64,000 bases of DNA, taken from positions 15,190,001-15,254,000 of the forward strand of contig CM120640.1 in the NCBI GenBank assembly GCA_051362555.1, written 5' to 3'. This DNA is from Lingula anatina (Eukaryota > Animalia > Brachiopoda). Of this stretch, positions 55,757-64,000 are shown one piece after another; within the stretch, counting starts at the first letter, position 1; the number at the start of each line of letters is the position of its first letter. The notes under the pieces are model-generated. The model was given only the letters and a program-made list of their open reading frames with translations, was not told the DNA's origin and did no database searches. The position numbers were made by a program, and so were the translations under genes.

Positions 55757-58700
55757 GATAGACCCCGAGTCAGCGAGAGTTATGTGGCATGCATGAGTGC
55801 GTAGCACGAGTGGATGTCCGATAACCTTCGCTGACAAGGGGTCTATGTTACTTAGACCACGGTTCATTAGTAGGTTATGACGCATTCATGCGAGACGTCT
55901 GAGTCTTTTGTTCTTCACTTCCATATATATATATGGAAACAGCCGACGTCAGGCACTAATGATGCTGTAATTTTTACTCGTAATTTAGACTTTGGAGTAG
56001 TTTTTTCCCCATTTTTAAGTCACATTCCACCAAGCACGATTATTTTAGACACTGATGGGGTTGGGTGGGGGTGTAACATGCTCCCACATTAAGCAACTTA
56101 ATGTTTTTAAACACAAAGTTTAATTAAGGTTATCCTTAGGGCCTATATATTAATCAAAATTGTGAAGTCTACATCAACTGTATATCCTCATCATTCTATA
56201 TACGAAAGGATTTGTGTGCTAATTTTGTTTTGAAAAATGCCACTTCACACTTTTCATTTGCTAATGGCATTTTCATTAATTTTCAGAACGACGTTTTATA
56301 TTTCAATTAAATTCTACACCTGTCCGTTGTCTCATTGAAAATTTAATCCCCATAAAGATATATAAGGAAATTATCTCATTAAAAATTCAAGATTTCTGAA
56401 GGATGAAGTCAGTGAAAAATAGGCTTCCAACCCCCGCCTGTAAAAAGACTGATGCCATTAAACAATATGTATATAAATTTCATTTACAGCCGCCCAAGAT
56501 GCTGGAGGAAAAGAATTCTTAGTCATGTTCATGGAAAACAAAGTAGAGGATCCGAGGGGGTACGCTTTGGAAGTCTTCGTCACCACGTCCTTTAATGTCA
56601 GCGCCGAAGTGGTAGTGAGTACTCCTCTGTGGAATACCCCAACTGTCCTAGAGACATTTACCCTTAATCCACGTGAAGTACGACTCGTTAACATTTCCAA
56701 CGCTCTTAGAATGATAGAAACTGGAAAGTCGACTAAATCTGTTCTCATTGAATCGGACAACGAGGTTGTGGTCTATGGTGTTAATAAGGAGCTTTTTTCA
56801 AGCGATGCCTTCTTAGCTCTTCCAACGGACGTTTTAGGTACAGAATATTACACCATCCACTACTCACCTCCCGAGAACATGTGTGAGTTTGGGATCGTTG
56901 GCGTCCACAATGGCACCGTCGTCAACATCACCCTCCCCCCGCTCCCAGGCACAGCTGCGACTGTCACTTACAACGGGCAGACCTTTGGCAATGGACAGAC
57001 CATTTCAATTATTTTGGACCGCTACCACACTTTCCAGGCCCAGAGTGGGGGAGATCTCACTGGGACACGCATTGTCGCCTCAAGACCGGTTGCCGTTTTT
57101 AGTGGTAACGTCAGGACAAATGTTGGCACTGGCACATCATCCCGTGACCATCTCGTGGAACAAATCCCTCCTGTTCAGTCCTGGGGTTACGAGTTTGTCA
57201 CTGTCCCGACACCAAATCGCACAGTTGGTGACCTCATCCGAGTGATGGCAAGTAGCGACAATACCCAGGTGACGATCACCGGAGTCACCTTCTTCAACCT
57301 TGATGCTGGTAAATTTAGACAGATCGACATCCCATCAACCCTTTACGCAAGGATCTCAGCAGACAAACCCGTGCTGGTTGTGCAGATAGTCTACAGCCAG
57401 TTCAGCCTGGCCGAACCCGCAGATCCGTCAATGACCATACTACCGCCAAGTGAACAATGGGCTTCGGAATACAACTTCGCAACTACAAAATATTCCGGGG
57501 GAGTTACAGGCGGCGACTACATGCACTTCTTCTCCATTGCGGTCAAAGATGCTGACAAGGAAGGTCTTCTGTTGGATGATGTGCTGTTGTCCACTGCTTT
57601 CCCAAATATACGCTGGAACCCGATCTTTGGGACAGATTATGTTGGTGCTTCGGTTGTGGTGCCCTCTGGTGCACATAACGTCCGACACCAGTCTAGGCAG
57701 ACGACCTTCATGGGTCTTCTCTATGGCACTGCTGACAGAGAGAGTTACGGCTTCCCAGTTGGCATGAACCTGGCTACAATTGTACCAGTAAGTTCAATTA
57801 TAGGCTTTTCTACACGAGATAACTCATTTTAGACCAGGGATCAAGCTGGTGAACATTATCTAAAATAAGTAAAGTCAGTTCTATATAATCCGCCATAATG
57901 AAACGAAACGATGTGATTCATTTTCTAAGCGACGATTTCATGCAAGAGTTCACTTAATTCTCGTTTTACTTTTTGTTCCTTTTTTTGCACTAAGGATATA
58001 AATTCAATAAAGACAACATTTTGCCAAACAACAAATTTTTGAAAGATATCAATATCTCATTGTGGTTGCTTTCTAGACACCAGCTCCAACGACAACTACC
58101 AGCACCACTACAACAACGACGACCACCACCACCAGTACAACTACTACGTCTACCACCAGTGCCACAACAACAACTACAGCTGCGCCTACCACCACCACCA
58201 CTTCTACTGCTGCGCCAACAACAATAGCCACTACGCCATCAACGGGTGAGCATTCACAATTCAAATGCATGTATTGTTTTCAGAAATTCACAGAGTACCT
58301 TTTTATCTTATCAAATCATTAATGCGGAGTCTATGGTTCGTCTACGTCATTATACTTCACTCGTGCGTGTTAATTGGCGAATCATTTTTGCATTTGCCTT
58401 TTTTTATTGTGTGCTACATAAAGAAATAATTTATGTTCATCTTTAGATCTAGTACAGAGATAGACTTATTTTGCATTTCAGTTTTTTTTCTTCAGTGTTT
58501 ACATTAGATTTAAAACGTTCGATTTTTTCAGTTATTGACTATAGTGGAGGCACTGAATTCATCATTGTATACATGGATAATTTTGTTGAAAATCCTGCCG
58601 GCTATGCCTTGGAACTCTTCATGACCAGTCTTACCAATGCCCCTGTGCTCGTCAACGTGACTACGCCGGGGTTCTTCAACCCGAGTGTTAGCCTCAGTCA

Positions 58701-61700
58701 AATGCTTCCAGCAGGAGAAGTGAAAAAGTTCGAAGTCGACCCTCAGTTGAGGATGTCTGGCACATCTATGGGTAGAAAAGCCATCTATATTCAAGCCTCG
58801 AGCGATGTGGTTGTGTACGGCATCAACAAGGAATTGTTCTCAAATGATGGGTTTTTGGCGTTGCCTATCAGCGTTCTTGGGAGCTTGTACTACACCGTCA
58901 GCTACGCACCTCCGAAAAATGCTGCACAGTTTGCTGTTGCTGCTATAGAAAATGGCACTGTCGTCAACATTAACTTCCCAACAAGCACTTCACCAGTAAG
59001 TGTTACATACAATGGCCGTACTTATCGAAATGGCGACGTTCTTACACTTGAAATGAATCGTTTCGACACATTTCAAGCTCAGAGCGTTGGCGATTTGACA
59101 GGCACAAGAATTGCATCGTCTAAACCAGTTGCTGTCTTCAGTGGTAACATACGAACAGACGTCGGCGAGGGTATCTCACGCGACCATCTCGTAGAACACC
59201 TTCCACCTGTAAGGTCTTGGGGAAAGGACTTCTACACAGTGCCCATACCAGGACGTACCATTGGGGACCATTTCCGCATTGTATCAAGTAGTGACAACAC
59301 CGTTGTCAGCATTACAGGGTTTCCTGATATCACTCTGAACCGTGCTGGAGATTTTGTCAACGTGACCATTCCATCAAACGCTTACACCCACATCGTGGCC
59401 ACCAAACCAGTATTAGTCGTGCAGATTGTTCAGAGCCAGCTTACTGCAAGCGAGCCTGCCGATCCCTCCATGATAATCATCCCGCCTGTAGAACAGTATG
59501 CTAAGAAGTACACTTTCGCTACTGCACAGTATTCGGGCGGTGTCACTGGCGGGGATTATGTCAACTATTTCCTGATCGTCGTGGAAGATTCTCAGAAGGA
59601 TGGCCTCAGACTTGATGGTGCCCCTCTAGCAGGGGTCACCTGGAGTCCTATCCCTGGAACGTCTTATTCTGGTACATCTGTACAAGTCAGCTCAGGCCAG
59701 CACGTCGTACAGCACAATAATACAAATGTCCCCTTCATGGGTCTACTCTATGGTACAGCAGACAGAGAGACATATGGGTTCCCCGTTGGAATGCTGCTGG
59801 CTAAAATAACAAAGGTAAAGAAAAGTGAATTTAAGATGGACCCATTCATAAATACAGAAAAAAGAATGTATTCGTTTTTGTGCTTTTTAAAATTCTTTTA
59901 ATTTTAAACGATGCAACTACTCTCTAGATAAGTGATTATTGCGCGCACACATCATTCTTATAAATTAAATATGATAATTTCTAATCATCTTTCATAAATG
60001 GTTTTAAGGAATGTAACCAGCCCACAATGGTTCCTGGGGACAACTTGGATAACGACTGTGACGGTTTAATAGACGAGGAAGAATGTAATGGGCTAGGTAT
60101 TAATTACGATGTTTCAGATTTTTTATCAGACTTTGAAATAAACTAGAATTTTATTTTGAAACTATTGATGTAAATTACTTGACGACAGTGTCTAACATTG
60201 AAAAACTATTCATCTTTGATTTTGACATAAAAAGTGTAAGGTTGGTATTTTTTTATTAAAAGTTGCTTGAAAAAGTATTTGATTCAGCGGTTATATAAAT
60301 GTAATTTCAGATGACGACGAGGATGGTAGCATTGATGAAGACTGTCAAGGTATGTAATGAAATGATAATGATAATTGACATAGATATTGAAACGGTGTTG
60401 TACCCGCTTACTAAAATAGGGTTTTGAACATGCCTGATTCATTATGATATATTTTTTAGGTATAGAAGACACCGGTGGTCGTGAGTTTCTTGTTATGTAT
60501 ATGGAAAACATCGTTGAAAATCCTCAAGGCTTCCCGCTTGAATTATATATTACAACATCCCATAATGTCCCCGTTCAAGTAAACATTACAACACCGAAAT
60601 GGAACAGCCCCGCTGTTAGCCTGTCCACAACCATTAATCCGAGAGAAGTCACTAACTTCACAATCTCTAGGAACTTGCGAATGGCGGGGACCAGTCTTTC
60701 CACCAAAGCAATTTTGATTCAGTCCAATTACGAGGTGGTCGTGTATGGTGTTAACAAGGAACTTTTCTCCAACGATGCCTTCTTAGCCATACCGGTGGAT
60801 GCCCTTGGTCGCGAGTACTACACCGTGTCTTATTCCCCTCCTGAAATTATGACCGAATTCGGCATCATTGGTGTCTATGACAATACATCTGTCACAATCA
60901 TATTCCCATCTCCCGAGGGTATTCCGATCAGCGTGCCCTACGGAGGCAGAACATATGGAAACGGCGAACAACTTCGTATCTCTCTGGATAGATACGACAC
61001 TTTCCAGGCCCAATCTAAGGGCGATCTCACTGGTACCCGCATCATTGCCAGTTCAAAGGTTGCAGTATTCAGCGGGAACGTCAGAACCAACATTGGAGCA
61101 GGAACCCAATCACGTGATCATTTGGTGGAGCAGATCCCGCCTGTGACGTCTTGGGGCAAAGCATTTGTCACAGTACCAATCCCAGGCAGAACTACTGGAG
61201 ACGTGTTCCGCATTGTCGCTTCCAAAGACAACACTCAAGTCGTCCTTACCGTTAATGGCGGCGGTAGCACATCTTTTACTTTGAACCGTGGCAAATATCA
61301 CCAGCTACTTGTTAACTCCACCTTTTATACACACATTGTCGCTAGCGAGCCCGTGTTGGTTACCCAGTTTGTTTACAGCCAACTGACGTCAACATCACAA
61401 GAAGTGGCTGATCCTTCTATGATCCTGATTCCTCCAATGGAACAATTTGCCGACGAATACAACTTTGCAACAACTAAGTACTCTGGTGGTGTTGTAGGTG
61501 GGGACTACAGACACTATGTGCTGATGGCCATCAATCAAACAGAAATTGACGGTCTCCTTCTCGATGGAAACTCCCTGGTACCCCGGGGCTTACGTTGGAC
61601 CCAGATTGGCAACTCGGGTTTGGTCGGCACTGTCTTTGAAGTTCCAGGTGGCGCACACAATTTACGTCATCAATCGGGCAAAGTGTCCTTTATGGGGCTG

Positions 61701-63906
61701 CTGTATGGAACAGCTGACAGAGAAAGCTATGGATTCCCAATTGGCATGAGGCTGGGTGTAATACAACCGGTAATATATGTAAAACATTGAGGTCATTGCG
61801 ATGAATTTAAATTGACTATTACCTGTAAAACTTTAACAACTGTCCTAGCTTGCAGATAAGACCAATTTTATATAACTGATATAATTGATAGCTAAGGGCT
61901 TTTTTTAATTAGTATAATTATTTCAGGACTTTCTCTCTTATGATTCTTGGTATTTAATGATTATCCTTAGGAATGCAATACTCCTGCCATGGTACCTGGT
62001 GATGGAATCGACACAGACTGCGATGGGGCAGTGGATGAGGAACAGTGTGATGGCGTTGGTAGGTTTATTAATCTGCCTTAAAACATATTTTGGATACCAA
62101 ACTTATGCAGACTCTCAACATTATATGCCAATCAAATGCCAAAATTATTTTTGTTTTATACTTATTTCTTTTGTTATTACTTCTAGATAATGATAACGAC
62201 GGCCAGATCGATGAAGATTGTGCCGCAGCCCAGGACACAGGTGGCCGGGAGTTCATAGTTATGTACCTAGACAACATAGTCGAAACTCCAAAAGGGTTTG
62301 CTCTAGAATTGTTCGTAACAACTTCATATGACGTGCCTGTCAGTGTGAATGTTTCCACCCCGGCATGGAATAGCCCACCCATGATGGAGACCTTCACCAT
62401 ACAACCTAGAGAGGTGCGGCTTGTCAATGTTTCTCGCAATCTACGTATGAGCGGCACTTCTATGTCCACCAAGGCCGTGTTGGTGCAGGCAGATAACGAG
62501 GTCGTCGTGTACGGTGTCAACAAAGAGCTCTTTTCAAACGATGCTTTCCTGGCATTGCCCACCGATGTCATTGGTCAAGAATACTACACTGTTTCGCATT
62601 CACCCCCTGAAACGGCCTGTGTTTTCGGTGTTGCTGGTGTCTATGACGGGACCGTTGTTACAATAACTCTACCCTCTCCCTCTGGCACGGCTGTTTCGGT
62701 CAACTACAATGGCGTCGTATATGGAAATGGCAACACTTTTGAGGTGGCTTTGAATCGTTACGATACATTCCAGGTCCAAGATTCTAACAAAGGTGATCTA
62801 ACGGGAACCTATATTACTTCAAACCAGCCAGTTGCAGTCTTCAGTGGCAACATTAGAACCAACGTGGGCGCCGGCACCCGATCACGTGATCATCTTGTGG
62901 AGCAGATGACGCCAGTGCCGTCATGGGGAACAGAGTTCATCACAGTGCCCACGCCGAACCGCACTGTTGGGGATATAGTCAAAATCGTCGCTAGCTCTGA
63001 TAACACTGTCGTTGAATTAACCGGGCAACCGCAGATTGTGCTTAACAAAGGGCAGTATGCTGAAAGAGTGATCCCGTCTGTTCTCTACACTCGCATTGTT
63101 GCTAATAATCCAATATTGGTTGTTCAGATCGTTTATAGTCAGTTTTCTTCCACTGAACCGGCAGATCCCGCCCTAACAATCATTCCACCCATCCAACAGT
63201 GGGCTTCAGAGTACAACTTTGCTACTACACAGTACAGTGGGGGTGAAACTGGCGGAGACTATACTCACTTTTTTCTGCTGGTAATTCAAAATACGCAGAG
63301 GAATGGTCTGTTGTTTGACGGACAGCCTCTCAGCAACATACAGTGGACAAATGTACCAAACACAGACTATGTAGGTGCAAACTTTGTGGTATCTGGAGGG
63401 GCCCACAGCATCCGCCATGTAGCACGCGATGTTTCTTTCATGGGTCTGTTGTATGGTACCGCAGACAGGGAGAGCTACGGTTTCCCAGTTGGTATGAAGT
63501 TAGCCACAATCACCCAGGTAATAGTTGACCTGTTTTCATGACCCATTAGATAAATTCTGAGAGTGGAAAATGTTTTTCTAATGCTACTTTTGATGAAAAT
63601 CACATCCACCACATACTCGTGCTTATCTTAATATTAAATAACAGTAATCATACATTTGTTGCTATTTTCCTTTCCAGCCGTCCACATCAACTGTCAGTAC
63701 AACTCCGAGCACAACTCTTGTCACGACAACTACAACGGTCACAACGACCACCACACCTACTTCGACCACGCCAACTACAACCACGCCGACCACGACCACA
63801 CCCACCACGACCACACCGACCACGACCACACCCACCACGACAACTACCTCGGCGACCTCGACAACAGCCAGCACCACAAGGGCTGTTACATCCACGCCTT
63901 CGACAA
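47977..63906 (+). CDS. Large secreted multi-domain protein (>2900 aa, 3' end outside window): signal peptide + six IgGFc-binding/FCGBP N-terminal domains + four Asp/Cys linkers + two Thr-rich mucin segments
   Basis: Phase-consistent exons: 47977-48058 (MPSLITVCYAGLVALQVLQVTHQQ), D1 50841-52138, L 52299-52386, D2 52543-53879, L 54502-54589 + 54854-54892, D3 56490-57787, T 58077-58245, D4 58532-59814, L 60009-60096 + 60311-60349, D5 60460-61769, L 61971-62058, D6 62187-63517, T 63678-63906. Domain motifs GxEFxxxFMEN, DAFLALP, GDLTGTRI, VAVFSGN, DHLVEQ, ADPSM, YG...SYGFPxG are typical of the FCGBP N-terminal (IgGFc_binding) family. Confidence 0.85.
55704..55752. repeat. (TA)n microsatellite
   Basis: Direct inspection. 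Confidence 0.95.
55753..55852. mobile_element. 100-bp palindromic MITE-like element
   Basis: Arms ATAGACCCCGAGTCAGCGAGAGTTAT / ATAACCTTCGCTGACAAGGGGTCTAT with central GAGTGCGTAGCACGAG. Confidence 0.55.
58077..58245 (+). repeat. Thr-rich mucin-like coding exon 1
   Basis: TPAPTTTTSTTTTTTTTTTTSTTTTSTTSATTTTTAAPTT...; ACN-codon runs. Confidence 0.85.
63678..63906 (+). repeat. Thr-rich mucin-like coding exon 2 with 15-bp (TTTTP)n repeats
   Basis: ACCACGACCACACCS units; phase 0 to phase 1 like exon 58077-58245. Confidence 0.85.
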
Positions 63907-64000
63907 GTAATTTTTTATTTCTTTACCTTAAAACAATTTGATAATGTCCTTCAGGTAAATATAGACATATTTTCACCTACTCTATGAGCTTTAAGAATAG

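Noticed and set aside
50822-63541. Six separate tandem genes, or a bacterial contaminant/operon
   Set aside because: Each ORF is bounded by phase-compatible GT-AG sites, lacks its own signal peptide, and links through small exons into one reading frame
63619-63987. His/Asp-rich (DHDHTHH) and Arg/Pro-rich ORFs suggesting a metal-binding peptide
   Set aside because: Alternate frames of the Thr-rich exon; splice phase (0 in, 1 out) selects the Thr frame, as in exon 58077-58245

Overview
AT-rich, intron-rich invertebrate (probably lophotrochozoan/molluscan; inference) nuclear DNA carrying five protein-coding genes. (1) A ~2460-aa C2H2 zinc-finger protein with one 7.3-kb exon (+, 3967-11704). (2) BRIX1/Brx1 (-, 14289-17494). 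(3) PAIP1 (+, 17837-24250), head-to-head with BRIX1. (4) A Brahma/SMARCA2/4 SWI/SNF ATPase (-, 25723-40219). (5) A large secreted protein (+, from 47977, running off the window end) built from six tandem IgGFc-binding/FCGBP N-terminal domains joined by Asp/Cys 'GDGxDNDCDGxxDEE' linkers and Thr-rich mucin spacers in a duplicated [D-L-D-L-D-T] unit. Several MITEs, a 158-bp palindrome and microsatellites lie in introns or intergenic DNA. The most notable observations: a pair of tandem-duplicated, apparently mutually exclusive 108-nt exons in the Brahma ATPase (one with a GC donor); duplicated splice sites in Brahma and BRIX1; the architecture and reciprocal intron pattern of the secreted repeat protein; and MORC-C-terminus-like and ET-binding-like motifs in the zinc-finger protein. 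Exon boundaries were read by eye and may be off by a few nt; no database searches were run.
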